This document shows positions 50,933 through 64,000 of a stretch of DNA of 64,000 nt, piece by piece. The translations under genes were made by a program, and so were the position numbers. Within the stretch, counting starts at the first letter, position 1; each line of letters opens with the position of its first letter. The stretch spans positions 18,414,001-18,478,000 of the forward strand of contig NC_043008.1 of NCBI RefSeq assembly GCF_006345805.1, given 5' to 3'. Below the pieces are notes generated by a model that made no database searches, was not told the DNA's origin, and saw only the letters and a list, made by a program, of their open reading frames with translations. The DNA is from Octopus sinensis. Its lineage: Eukaryota.

Positions 50933-52177
50933 CATTTCTGAATATGTACTCAATTATATTGCTTTTATTATATCTAATGTGTGCAGTAGATAACTTATCA
51001 TTGGGTTATCCAACGGCTATATCGTAGCCACACTGTGGTCTCCAAATGTTCACGTTATACAGGGGATATTAGGTAACATAATATATACATCGTCGATTGG
51101 GAAATGAGTGTGGCTCTCTAGAAGCGTTCTACAGATCCAAGCATCGGTAATCGCATAAATACACGTAAGTACAGATACAGGAATAAGCATGCATACATGT
51201 CAAATCGTAGCCGATCTCTGACCTAGCAAAGTACGTACATTTTGTATATGTATTCTATAATTTATATTATAGTTGCGCCGCTTTTAATTCATGCTTGATT
51301 ATATTTCTCCGCATACCTCGTTCTGGCATACCAACAAATAGTTTTTAACACCATTTTACATATAGTAATGGACAAGCTATTCAATTTTCTGCTATTTCGG
51401 TTCACATACGTGATGTTCATAAGCCAAAAATATGGCGAAACATCGATATCTATCGCTTCTGAATGGGAATTGTAGTGAGTTGCATAGCATGTCAATGACT
51501 ATAACTCAGAGGTGTTTTAAAACCAAGCGCTTTGAGATGGTCACTTCTACTATGTAGAATCGCAGCCGACTGGCGATCTCACATATGACATATGTTGCAT
51601 ATGTGTGTTCTAAAATGTTCTCAACATTCGCGTTGCTTCTAAAACATATATTTTAAGTGTGTGCGTGGGCGGATATGCGTGGGCGTGCGTGTGTGTGTGT
51701 GTGTGTGTGTGTGTAACAAAACTGGAACTTGGAGAACTTCTTGAAATTATTTATTCATCATTACGCATGTTTAATTTGTTGATAGGAACTGCAGACATTT
51801 TCATGTTAGATAAATATCTGATAGATCTCCTGTTAGACATTCTTCAGACGGAAAATCGAATGCTATTATAAAACATACTATATTATTCGATTATCTCTCT
51901 GAAGAATTTCTAATACGAAACCTCTTAGATGTTTCCGTCTCACGAAAAACTTTACAATTCCTATTGGCAAATGAAACGTATGTAAATTTGAATAAATTAT
52001 GTGACAAAATTTTCCAACTTTCAATTTTGTTACAGAAAAACTGTGTAAAGACTATTTCCAGTTTTTTTCAATTCTATTACGTACCTTATATCAATACAAT
52101 AACGACAGTAACTATATACTGGTATGCTATAATGAAAGAATCATATACACACTAACACACACACACCACACACATAC

Positions 52178-52209
<32 letters not shown>

Positions 52210-52236
52210 CACACCACAAACACCACACACCACACA

Positions 52237-52277
<41 letters not shown>

Positions 52278-52713
52278 AAACAAGTTAAAAATATTGGTCA
52301 TTACACATAAGGAATACAGGAATTATATGTGATAACCATCATTTTTAATCTGCTTCTGTAAAAATCAGATTATTTGAAGCCAATCCAGGGATGAACGATA
52401 TAGAATTGTGATAAGTCATAACTTGGGACCCTACATACATATATATACATTTATACATTGTCCCGAAACAGATCAAAAAGGTAAAGGATCCCATTACCAT
52501 TAAAGGGAATCGGGACAAATTTCTTCAAGGAATACCAGATAAGGCACCTATACCTGAATACAACTTACTCAGCAAGAACTCCCTCCTCGAATGGACCACG
52601 ATACTACAAAACATGACTTTAAAAGGATTTAGATAATCCTGTCACCTGGTGCTATTAAATTAGACATGCCCTGAACCAATCTTTCGTCGGAGCACATCTA
52701 AATTTATCTAAGC

Positions 52714-52764
<51 letters not shown>

Positions 52765-53328
52765 TATATATACACATATATATATGCATATATATATACA
52801 TATATATATACATGCTTACTATGTCCTTTGATTATTTTTAATTTAATCCCTCGGTTATTTAATGCTATTTTTGGCCTGCTACCGCCTGTGTCATTGATTC
52901 TGTTATTATCATTTAAAAGAAAGTTACGTTGGATAATGATAAAATTAATTACACCTTCTCAAATTAATTTATTGTGAATTATTTTTCTCGTAAATTGTAT
53001 CGAAATTATTTTACACTGGTGGCTGCTGTCATTACTGCGCAAAACGAATCAGTTGCAGCACAGATTTGAAAACTATGGGTTGGGAATATCTAATCATGGT
53101 AACGTGTGCTGTGGAAGCTAAAGCTTATTTTACAAGTGCAGAAACGGGTCCACGTGAGTCCAGAAGCTTAAATGTATGTTAGTAGATTGTCTTATCCTGA
53201 TTTTGCCTTCGCTTGATTTCTGTAATTATCATCAGTGTATTTTTAGCGATAAAATAAGAGACTTGACTGTTATTTCAACCACGTAGACATACTTACTGTC
53301 TCCTTTGATTAATTATATATATATTTTG

Positions 53329-53365
<37 letters not shown>

Positions 53366-53410
53366 AAATCTAAAATAAAATACCTGTACATCACCTCCAA
53401 ACCTTCTCTT

Positions 53411-53442
<32 letters not shown>

Positions 53443-53455
53443 ATAGAGTTATACC

Positions 53456-53457
<2 letters not shown>

Positions 53458-53499
<42 letters not shown>

Positions 53500-53520
53500 T
53501 AGATAGATAGATAGATAGAT
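53458..53520. repeat. (GATA)n microsatellite
   Basis: Direct inspection. Confidence 0.95.
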
Positions 53521-53987
53521 TACGATATCACTTCGCGGTGGTCTATCTTCGCTTGCATGTTGTCTCTTTCTTGTCGCGCAGCTCTGCTTGCTACAATGTT
53601 TGTTTTCATGCTATTTCGCTTTTCTTATACGCTTCTTTCTTCCCTGTGTTTCCATGCTGTTGTGAATGCCTGCATCACTTGTCATTAATTCTCTTCTATA
53701 CAAATGTTATTGTGTCTGCTGTATTGCAAATATTCTGCAACCAATTCTATTTCTTTGTTGCCTAGCAACATGAGAAAAATATGGCAAAATTGATTTGGCT
53801 TATGCCTTTGATCTGGACAGATTTGTACTGCTCTCCAAAAGTTTTTCCTCCCTTAATTTTCATTGATTTCGAAACATTGTGTTGAAAAACTTCAAATGGC
53901 TCGACTTTCTATAGATTTTTATAATTATTTTCAACATTTATATTTTCTTTTATGATTACGTGTGTCTCCATATTCATACAGACATAT

Positions 53988-54062
<75 letters not shown>

Positions 54063-54949
54063 ATGTATGCATGTATGATTATATTATGTGCATTTTATAT
54101 TTGCGTGTGTTCGTGTAAATGTTTTTGTGTGTTTGTTTCTGTGTTTTCGTGGGGGGTATGTGTATTTTTACATTTATATCAATTTTTTAATTTTTTTTAT
54201 TTCGTTTGCTTTTGTTTGTTTTTGTTTTTTGTCTTGTTTTGTCTCTCTTTTGCTGATTTCTTAAATCATGTGATTTTTTCAAAAAAATAGATTATGAAGC
54301 GTGCATTAGAAAAAAATTATTTATGAAATATTTTTTCAATAGCCTCGTCCTCTAAATTGCTTAAATTCTATCCTTCTCTCTCTATCTCTCTATCTTTCCC
54401 TCTCTGTCTCTTTCATTATTTGTCTCCCCTTTTTTGTTTTTATACCTACAGGCCAAATTGAAGGTTCAGTGTATTCACGTTTTAGGTCTCAGCCGGCCTT
54501 TCATGAATTTTATATGGGAACAACATAATCTCTCATTTGGTTAGTTGTTCGCCTCTGTGACAAGGGGAGAATCATATTGGAAACATATTTATTGATAATA
54601 ATTGTATTTTCATTACAGAGATAATTTCTTTAATATGTATATATGCATTTATTTGATTAAATTTTTCTTTTAGCTAGCGTTTAATCATAGAGTCCTTAGC
54701 TTTCCCGTATACCTGTTACATCAATCTCCTAATATGTCTTCAGAGAGAATATTTACAAATGTAGGGTATAGTAAGCACAGCATTGCATCAAATTACATTA
54801 TTCCTAAATTTGTTGGAGGAGAAGGTGTATGGGAATTTATACAAATTCCTCCACATATTGTACAATTCAACATTGAAATATACGTTAATGAAGCTATGAA
54901 ATCCTTCATAAAGTGTATAATGCTTATCACAAGAAACTCTAACCATATG

Positions 54950-55023
54950 CGTTGGTTCGCGCAGTTGGTTAGCGCTTCGTGTTAATAACGCAAATGTCGT
55001 GTGTTCGAGCCCCGTACTCATCG
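54950..55023 (+). pseudogene. tRNA-Ile-AAT: tRNA-Ile(AAT)-derived pseudogene
   Basis: Cloverleaf spacing intact: D stem GCGC/GCGC, D loop agttggtta, anticodon AAT at 54984-54986, T loop ttcgagc. Mismatches in the acceptor, anticodon and T stems. Resembles eukaryotic Ile-AAT as I recall it. Confidence 0.85.
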
Positions 55024-56570
55024 TATAGCTTTTGTTGTGGTGCACCTGAGAAGTATATACAATAATTTCCTTATTATTAATATCTTATTTCTCGTTTACG
55101 AATAATCTAATTATAAGGGTGATATTTTTGATGAAACCATGCTGTGTTTTCTGTTATTTAATAGACTCTTGTTGGCACCATTCTCTGCTAATTATTGCCA
55201 CCTTTATTATAATCTAATTGTTGCTGCAGTATTATCTGCTTTTGTTACTGTAGTATCTGTACACTCATAGACATCAATTTGCTTTCTAATTTTCTATATA
55301 ATGCCCTTCGTCACACTCTAAACAACGCCGAATTCAATTTTTGTTTTACCTTGAATTCTATTACCTCTCCTTAGTGAGTTTATATCATAGGGTTCTGTGT
55401 CTTTGATTTCACGCTAATTACAATTTGTTAGTGGATTTCTAGCATCAAAAAGTCTATTTACCTTTTGAGTCTACCATCCTTTAAAATCTATCTTCAAAAT
55501 ACAACCTGTTTTCTCTGCTGCAGTGTTATTGTACACCAAATTACCGTGAGCTTAAAACATACACGTCATCCTTTAGCGGAAGTGAATAACAACTACAATA
55601 ACAAAATCAACAACACATATAACATAAAGAAAAGAACAACAAAAATAATTGTAATACAAATAATATGAATAAAATTAATGTAAACAAACGTATTAAGAAA
55701 CAAGAAGCAAATAAACTCACTTAATTTCCTCATCAACAAATCATCACAGACCGAAACAAAACTTGGTCCGTTATTATCACAATTTTGTTTTTATTAAGTA
55801 GATGATAAAATAGCCATTAAGGAAGAATAGAGAGAAGTATCTATGGGAAGTTATGAGTTATAGGTTGCTGTGCTATCGACAAATCACTGGAAAAAAACAT
55901 TCTACAACTAATTTAAAGCAGTCTGAAAAATCAATTGAATATTCCCTGTGTGATCAGAAAGGTCTCAAGCCAATAAAATCAATGAAGTTATGTGTATTTC
56001 CTATCCTATGTTTGCTTCGATGTTTGTATGTGTATAATTATATATGCGTTAGTATTAGTAGATTGGTGTTGTTGATTACGTTGTTGTCATTAGTAGCGTC
56101 ATCGTTAATATATGTGTAATCATATACGTGTTAGTGCAAAAAAATGTGTGGGCTATATTGTTTTTTTTTGTTTTTTTTTTTTTCTCTCGATGTGTACCTG
56201 TCTGTGTTTGTGTGTATGATTAAATTTATGATTGTGTTGTGCGTTTTATGTAGAATACTCCCATCAACAAACGATTATCAAGTCTAATTAAAACAGAAGT
56301 ACATTAATGTTTTCGTTTGTGTAGAGACCAAGTGGACATCAAATTGATAACTATCACACTTGACTCAGATATCTCTTACTTAATTTCGGATCTCGTAATA
56401 TGTGCATCGGCCATTACGTCTAATCCTTTTGACTTGTATTCCAACTTCACCGACCTCGGTACAAATATTGAGCTAATTACTGAAAATAAATACCTAAATA
56501 AATAATTATATAAATATATGTAAATATATAGACTAATTCCGAATATGGTGTTACTGTATTGGCAATATCG

Positions 56571-56937
56571 TGGCACTCCGTCGGTTACGAAGACGAGGGT
56601 TCCAGTTGATCCGATGAACGGAACAACCTGCTCGTGAAATTAACTTGCAAGTGGCTGAGCACTCCACAGAGACTTGTACTCTTAACGTGGTTCTCGGGAA
56701 GATTCAGCGTGACGCAGAGTGTGACAATGTTGACTCTTTGAAATTCAAGTACTACAGAAATAGGAAGAAAGTGTGTGAGAAAGTTGTGGTGTAAGAATAC
56801 AGCAGGGTTCACCACCACCCACTGCCGGAGCCTTGTGGAGCTTTAGATGATTTCGCTCAATAAACACTTACAACGCTCGGTCTGGGAATCGAAACCGCGA
56901 TTCTATGACCGCGAATCCACTGCCCTAACCACTGCGC
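56571..56937 (-). mobile_element. SINE family E, tail type 2
   Basis: Same head and body as 27895-28063; different 3' region ending ...ggatcaactggaaccctcgtcttcgtaaccgacggagtgcc. Confidence 0.85.
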
Positions 56938-58089
56938 TAATACACCCCTACATTGACAATATACTGCAAAAAATAAAATAGAAATTGTATTGTGTGCTTG
57001 ATTGCTACACACAAATACTGTAGCATAATACTGATGAAGTCTTGGAATGGCATACTACCCCACCTTCAGGTCCTTAATAATATTAACAAATTCTTTATAT
57101 GCCAAGACCTTACAAAATAATTTTTTCCGATGCACAACTCTTTGTCAATGTAATATTGAAGTCCAGACTCTTGTAGGTTTCATTACGTTTACTAGCAGCT
57201 GAGAAGAGTCCATCAATAAACATTTGGATAAAATAGCTATGTACTTCCAAAAACACTTCGTCTCCTCCTCTCCACAATTAAATTCATAGACATGTGCATA
57301 AAATTCTATATTTAGTCTTACCACTAATATTCACAAGTATCCTTGTATCCAAGGTTTTATTTATTTTATTCAGTAAAGAACCAAACGGATTATAATAGCC
57401 AAGGCTTCATATACACAAAATAACCAACTTTCAGTATACAGCTAATGCATGACACCTCGTGATTACCGTTACGAAAGATAGAGGTGGACCACCAGCGTGC
57501 GATTGTTGAGTTTGATAGTCTTATATTGATTTCTATATTAAGTGACTTCTTCAATTATAAACATATAAACTACACTTCATGGGTCAAACCTAATATTTGA
57601 ATCTGCAGAGCTGAGATGAGAAGCAAAATAGTATAAATAATTTCCACAAGTAGATTTGTTGAGCAAATGCTCTCGGTATTTCAAAATATAGGAATTTCAT
57701 GAGGAAATCTATACCATATTTTTTATTCTGTGATGTTAACAAACTTCCTAAAAATCCTAAAACTTAATTCGTTTGCAAATTGTAAAACACCTGATAATTT
57801 AACATTTAAATAAGTAACAATTGTTAAAACTTAAAACGTTTTGATAATACCGTTACAGAATTTAGAATCGTTCCGATTTCTGAAATGTAACAGACGAGTC
57901 AAAAGGCAGAGAATGACAAAAAAAAAAATATTACCATTTAGGTCGAATAGAGTACGAAAAAGAAAACAAGCATATATATATATATATCGACTCGTCTCCG
58001 ACGGTCACGAATGGTTATGGGCACATCTAAGAGGTTACCTTCTGGGGTACAAGTTTGGGCGAAATGTCGTCGAACGCACAACCTAGGGT

Positions 58090-58290
58090 CGGTTTTATGA
58101 AAGACCAGCGTCTCCTCTCTACGCCACCGATGTTATCCAGGGAAAAGCCAATACCGATACAGCTTGGCACCTGTGACGTCACAACTCATTTCTACAGCTG
58201 AGTGAACGGGAGCAACGTGAAATAAAGGAGCAACTCACAACCTCTCGATCGCAAACTTGACGCGCTAGCCACTGAGCCATGCGCCTTCAC
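58090..58290 (-). mobile_element. SINE family C, internally deleted
   Basis: gtgaaggcgcatggctcagtgg head; gataacatcggtggcgtaga shared with 11151-11472. Confidence 0.8.
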
Positions 58291-59319
58291 TCACACTCAC
58301 ACACAAACACACAATGTCTTGAAATGATATTTTGTGTGATAGCATATGCTTAAAAGTAAGAGGGATTAAATATTTCATTTAAATTGGTATATCCATGTCT
58401 GTGTTTGTTTCTGTGTATGTGAATTTAGATTGGTAGACATATGAATATGTTTACTTCTTGTTTTTCTTTCTTTTTTAGTTATTCCTAGTGCAGCCCCAAG
58501 CTCAATGTCATGACAAGTCACCACCTATGTACTTCATACTGTCTTTCCAGCACGCATATTTTACTTAGCTTTTTAGGAATTAAAACAGTTGAGACTGCTT
58601 TTGTTTGATGCCGTAACGTCCGTTTCTTTCTTTTTTCTTTCCTGTATTGCAGTGATTAGCACATCCGTACACGTTCTGAATACAATCACAAACACCCCTT
58701 ATAAAATATTGTTGTTTATTTTCTTTTTAATTGCCAATACACTGGAAAACTACAGGTCTTAGAAACATAAATTGTTGCACTGGGCGTTATACCATATTCT
58801 TGCTGATGGTCACATCTTCTTTGCTATGCAATGGGGAATACTTCGGGTATTGGTATAGATCTTAATACTGAAGGTAACTACTGACTTGTGGAGAGAGGAA
58901 TCATAAAGTTTTCAATTTCTTCCAATAGATCGGTCATTCCAATAAAACTATATTCTTCCTGTCACATTAATGGATTGCTACAAGGTCCAGATTTAGCTAG
59001 GAAATGTTTTCCGAACGGAGATCTAACCTCTAGCCCTGAGAAGGACTAAGAAGAAATGTTCTCAATAAGAACAGTAATGTTTCTAGCTCTCGTGTAATGA
59101 ATGGTTTCAGCCCAGCCTGAAAATCGCTGCCATCTGGGTAATGTGAGAACGAAAAAAGGGAATTATTATTACACATAAACCCACGCACACAAATACACAC
59201 ATACACGAGCACCCATATGTATATATGTGTGTGTGTATATATAAATATATATATATGTGAGTGTGTCTATACATATATATATATATATATGTATATATAT
59301 GTATATAAATATATATATG

Positions 59320-59352
<33 letters not shown>

Positions 59353-59586
59353 GTATATACGTTGTGTGATTATAGATAGATAGATGCATAGATAGATAGA
59401 TAAATAGATATCTAGAGAGATATGTCTGTGTGTATGTATGTATGTACATAAAATGTGAGTATACGTATTCACGCCTCTCGCGTAAAATATATATCATTGG
59501 TATTTTACACATTAACTATGTATTTATGTTATATATGTGTGTTTTAGATAATTATTTTATACATTGTATCCAAATATATATGAATT

Positions 59587-59617
<31 letters not shown>

Positions 59618-60104
59618 CGTACGAGAGCAAACTTACATATACAGACATATAAATACATAAACGCATACATTCATATATGCATACATACACTTGTCTCCGC
59701 GTACATCGGTGTTTGCTCCGATGCATCATGTTTCAAATAATATCAAGCAGATGCATCTCTGTGATGGACAAACACTTGGTTACACTATTTTAAGTGATAG
59801 CTTCCATTTGAGTTGTCAATCAAACTAGATTTCATGTGACAGCGATGCAAGGCATCTAAAGCGCAGTAACTGTACCAATCTAATTCCACGGTAAATCAAT
59901 TGACAGTTTCTAAACATATGTTGTTTTTTATTATGGAAGCAACTTTCACATTGATACTAATACGCTGTTAGTCTTCATTTCTTTTCCAATATAATAACAC
60001 ATATATAAAAATAAAACCCACTTCCACCAACTGTTCTTGGTAGGATGCACTGAGATTGATGACAGACGTGAAGACTTGCATACATACATACATAATAAAG
60101 ATAC

Positions 60105-60715
<611 letters not shown>

Positions 60716-60821
60716 ATTATATACATATACTCTCTGGATCGATGAAGGTATGCAGTGATATATGTGTGGAAGATACTTGAGGCTCAAGCACCAAACCTTG
60801 GAATTAAGAGTCATATCATAA

Positions 60822-61464
60822 TTGCTCAGGGGCCTATACAAAGTTGCCGAGAGTGTATGGAGATGAGTGTATGAGCCGCACATTTGTATAGGTATGGTTA
60901 AGACGTTTGCAAGAGGACCGAAAAAAAGTCGATATTGACGAACGTTCTGGGAGACCCGCAACCAGCAGAAAAACATTTCAGATATACCTGTAGCTGTGAG
61001 GGGAAGTCGTCGAGTCACTATACCTGAGTCATCAGAGGTCGTGCAGATTAGTTATGATTCAGCTAAGTCCATTTTCCCTGAAGATTTGGATATGAGACAC
61101 CAAGTTTCTACCGGCCAAGTTTGTGCCAAAACTGCTTTCAGCTGAGCAAGAGGACACTCAGGTCTCTGTTGCAAAAGATCTTGACTGGGTCGAGAACAAT
61201 GAAAACTGTTTGAAAACCTCTGAGTAGGTATCGGCAAGCCTTTGGCAAAATTTCATGCAGATTCTCTGCTCAACTTTCTTCGCCATTTTCAATGCGATGA
61301 TCAAATGCTACACTCGTAAAGAGCGGAAATGAGATAGAACGTTAAAACTGAGTGCGCATGCACAGCAGAATTTAAGGTTAATCCCGTGTGCTTATCGACA
61401 TTACTGTGCCCGCTTCAGCTTTGTTACTATAGCAACAGTCCGGTTACTTATTGATCAGACCATA
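60822..61464. mobile_element. mariner 5' remnant with an internal segment in opposite orientation
   Basis: Minus strand: TIR ggtctgatcaataagtaaccggactg (61436-61461) and MAKKVEQRICMKFCQRLADTYSE (61286-61218). Plus strand: [24 protein letters not shown]...[10 protein letters not shown]...AKFVPKLLSAEQ...NCLKT (60823-61218). Confidence 0.85.
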
Positions 61465-61473
61465 TATATATAT

Positions 61474-61780
61474 AGGCGCAATGGCCTAGTGGTTAGGGCA
61501 GCGGACTCGCGGTCGCAGGATCGCGGTTTCGATTCCCAGACCGGGCGTTGTGTGTGTTTATTGAGCGAAAACACCTAAAAAGCTCCACGACGCTCCGGCA
61601 GGGCGTGGTGATCCCTGCTGTACTCTTTCACCAATCTTTCTCCCACTCTTTCTTCTGTTGGCTTGCTCGCTTAGCCAGCGGGGTGGCGTCATTCGAAGGC
61701 TAAATCAATGCGAACGCATTGTGACCAGCGATGTGTAACATCATCTGATGGTCTGGTCGGTCACCTGATCACGTGATATA
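61474..61780 (+). mobile_element. SINE family E, tail type 3
   Basis: aggcgcaatggcctagtggttagggcagcggac...gtttcgattcccagaccggg; tail ...gtgaccagcgatgtgtaacatcatctgatggtctggtcggtcac. Confidence 0.88.
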
Positions 61781-61954
61781 CATACATACATACATATATA
61801 TATATATATGCATATACGTATGTACGCATGAGTATACATAAGTCGTATTGTAGATGTCAATTCATATGTTTAAATACATCCATATATAAATCAATATATC
61901 TACGTACATAAAAACGTATTTATAAATATGTATGTGCTTTTGTGTGAGCGTATG

Positions 61955-62125
61955 TGTGTGTAGATATATAGATAAATAGATAGGCAGATAGATAGATAGA
62001 TAGGCAGATAGATATATAGATAGATACATACATACATACATACATACATACATACATACATACATACATACATACATACATACATACATACATACATACA
62101 TACATGGATACATACATACATACCT
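61955..62125. repeat. (GATA)n/(TACA)n compound microsatellite
   Basis: Direct inspection. Confidence 0.95.
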
Positions 62126-62889
62126 AGATAATGTGGTTGTATGTACATTTATGTGTATGGATATATTTAACAGGATTGTAGTTATACTTGATGAGTGACT
62201 TGGTGACAACGTGAATTGAAGTTCTGACTATAGCGTCATGAGATTGTCTCTTTAGTCATTCGAGAACGGACGAATGGTATTTCAATCGCTTTGTTTTTCT
62301 TTTTCTTTATAGAACTGTCTGCCAAAATGTGTCTAAATATATATTCACACATCTGTGACATTGCTAGACATAACTTTCGGGAATTACTTCTGTATATTTT
62401 CGCATGCATGTGTCCTTAACCAGGTCGTCGAATTTCGATGAAACAGTCTGAAGCCTTATAGTACAGATTAATTAACAAATAATAAAAAAGTGTAATTAAT
62501 ATTCTCAGATGTGTAAAAGTGCCTCAAGTAATAGTGCCACAATATAACTGTTGCATCTATATGAATATATGTTTGCATATACTCACACACACAAACACAT
62601 TCATACATACACACACATATATATATATACATACATATATATATATATATATATACATACATGCATACATATAGATAGATAAACTGATTGACAGATATAT
62701 AGATAGATAGATAGATAGATAGATTGATAGATAGATAAATAGAGATAGTGAGAGAGAGTTTGAGAAATAGCTTGCTAGAGAGATAGACACACATACACAT
62801 ATAAACACACATGTGTACATATATACATATATATACACATACACCCCCCACACACACACACGCATATATATATATATATATATATAATG

Positions 62890-63251
62890 CTCTTAGTATG
62901 TAAGTGTAGTCGGGCTCCCTTTATAGAGTAAGGTCGCAGTAAATTTGTTTTCAATCACCGTCTGGCAGTCGTCAAAAAATTATCTCTCGCTGCAGACGTC
63001 CTCTCGACATCGTTCACACGCGCCTGACTCGGGCTTGGATGTTACAGACCGAGTTTTTTTTTTCCTTTCCCTTTTTTCCCCTTGCCCCCTTTTTTAAAAA
63101 TTTTATTCACCCCTTTTTTGTCCTCTTTCTTTCCCTTTACGATCCCTCTTGATCGAAAACCAAACCCCACTTTTTTTTACCTCCAAAAGAAAAGCTCTAC
63201 CTTGTAATTTGTCCTGCCTGTGTGCAGCCCTGTGTGGCTAATAAAGAAATA
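62890..63251 (+). mobile_element. 3' region of an L1/Tx1-related LINE (no coding motif recognised)
   Basis: Shares cgatccct.ttgatcg and aaaagaaaagctctac.ttgta.tttgt.c..ctgtgt.cag.cctgtgtggc.aataaag with the 3' UTR at 5833-5990. Confidence 0.7.
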
Positions 63252-63620
63252 TATTTATGATTGTAAAAATTAAAAGTAATTCAAATTCAATGTTTTCTTG
63301 AAACAATAAATTTCTATAGAGATTCCGATTCAAATTCCAATCCATAAAATGTTTTCGTTCTACAGCATTCTTAAATGAACGAAAAACTCTCCAGCAACTT
63401 GGTCTAATACAAACGCTCCTGGTAGGTGTAAAAACGTAATTGGCATCAGTTGTCAAGCGAACAAGCGACAGTCAGATCGCTGATGATTGTTGTGCAGCTC
63501 GCTTTCGTTATTTCAATTGTGTTATTCTGTGCGTCTATGTGTAAAGAGCGGTTGTGCTTTGCATGATGCTCTTCATATTGTCTATTTACCTTTCTGAAAA
63601 GTTACCTCAACTCTTTTAAA

Positions 63621-63624
<4 letters not shown>

Positions 63625-63687
<63 letters not shown>
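63625..63687. repeat. (AAT)n microsatellite
   Basis: Direct inspection. Confidence 0.97.
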
Positions 63688-63689
<2 letters not shown>

Positions 63690-64000
63690 GATAGGAAAAC
63701 AAGAAAAATACTGACAGGATCTAGGATGCATCACCCAAAATCTGACATAGAAAGACTATATATACAACGTATAGAAGGTGGTAGAGGCCTTATACAGCTG
63801 GAAAACTACTATAAAATAACCACCATAGGACTGCAAAAATACCTACTTCAAAAGGAAGGAAAACTGATCCAGATAGCAGAAAAACACGAGCAAAACAAAA
63901 AACTGTTCTCAGTATTTAAGGAAGCTGACAAATACAAACAAGAAATCATACCACCTAATAAACACAAAAAGAAGAGAAGAAGATGATGAAGAAACAACAA
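63688..64000 (+). mobile_element. 5'-truncated R4/Dong-type LINE (post-RT region), runs toward the window end
   Basis: MHHPKSDIERLYIQRIEGGRGLIQLE matches the HPK.D.DRLY.R..GGRGL motif; begins immediately after (AAT)n. Confidence 0.85.

Noticed and set aside
51895-51930. CTGAAGA...GAAAC motif
   Set aside because: Stem II does not close properly and there is no GUH cleavage site or stem I.
55140-55470. Possible decayed Penelope linker (NPLTNCN*R) on the minus strand
   Set aside because: A single weak motif with many stops; the stop is TAG, so it is not a selenocysteine candidate.
57030-57110. CTGATGA followed by a GTCTTGG/CCAAGAC inverted repeat
   Set aside because: No GAAA after the stem and no stem I or III; likely chance.
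57180-57450. Possible ancient RT remnant (SILVSKVLFILFS...SYTQNNQL)
   Set aside because: Similarity too weak to support without a profile search.

Overview
Strongly AT-rich, microsatellite-saturated eukaryotic DNA. I found no host protein-coding exon I can support, so this is intergenic or part of a very large intron. The repeat families and (TA)n/(CA)n/(GATA)n/(TAA)n density suggest an octopus-type cephalopod genome (inference from recall, not a search). Almost all supplied ORFs are translations of microsatellites. Interpretable content is decayed mobile DNA: (1) an L1/Tx1-type LINE 3' fragment plus a related 3' UTR; (2) four R4/Dong-type LINE fragments, three of them abutting (TAA)n; (3) two Penelope-like (Naiad-type) RT/GIY-YIG fragments and three hammerhead-ribozyme-like motifs next to (TA)n; (4) CR1-group RT remnants; (5) Tc1/mariner remnants, fold-back MITEs and a Helitron-like pair; (6) about 30 tRNA-headed SINE copies or fragments in five families (my labels A-E); (7) a tRNA-Ile(AAT) pseudogene. 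Most interesting: SINE A carries a 3' tail matching the Tx1-type LINE end and moves as TSD-flanked concatemers with a fixed junction; two hammerhead-like copies share an A6U core variant; SINE E has three different tails; there are two long palindromes. Coordinates of decayed elements are approximate and all alignments were done by eye.
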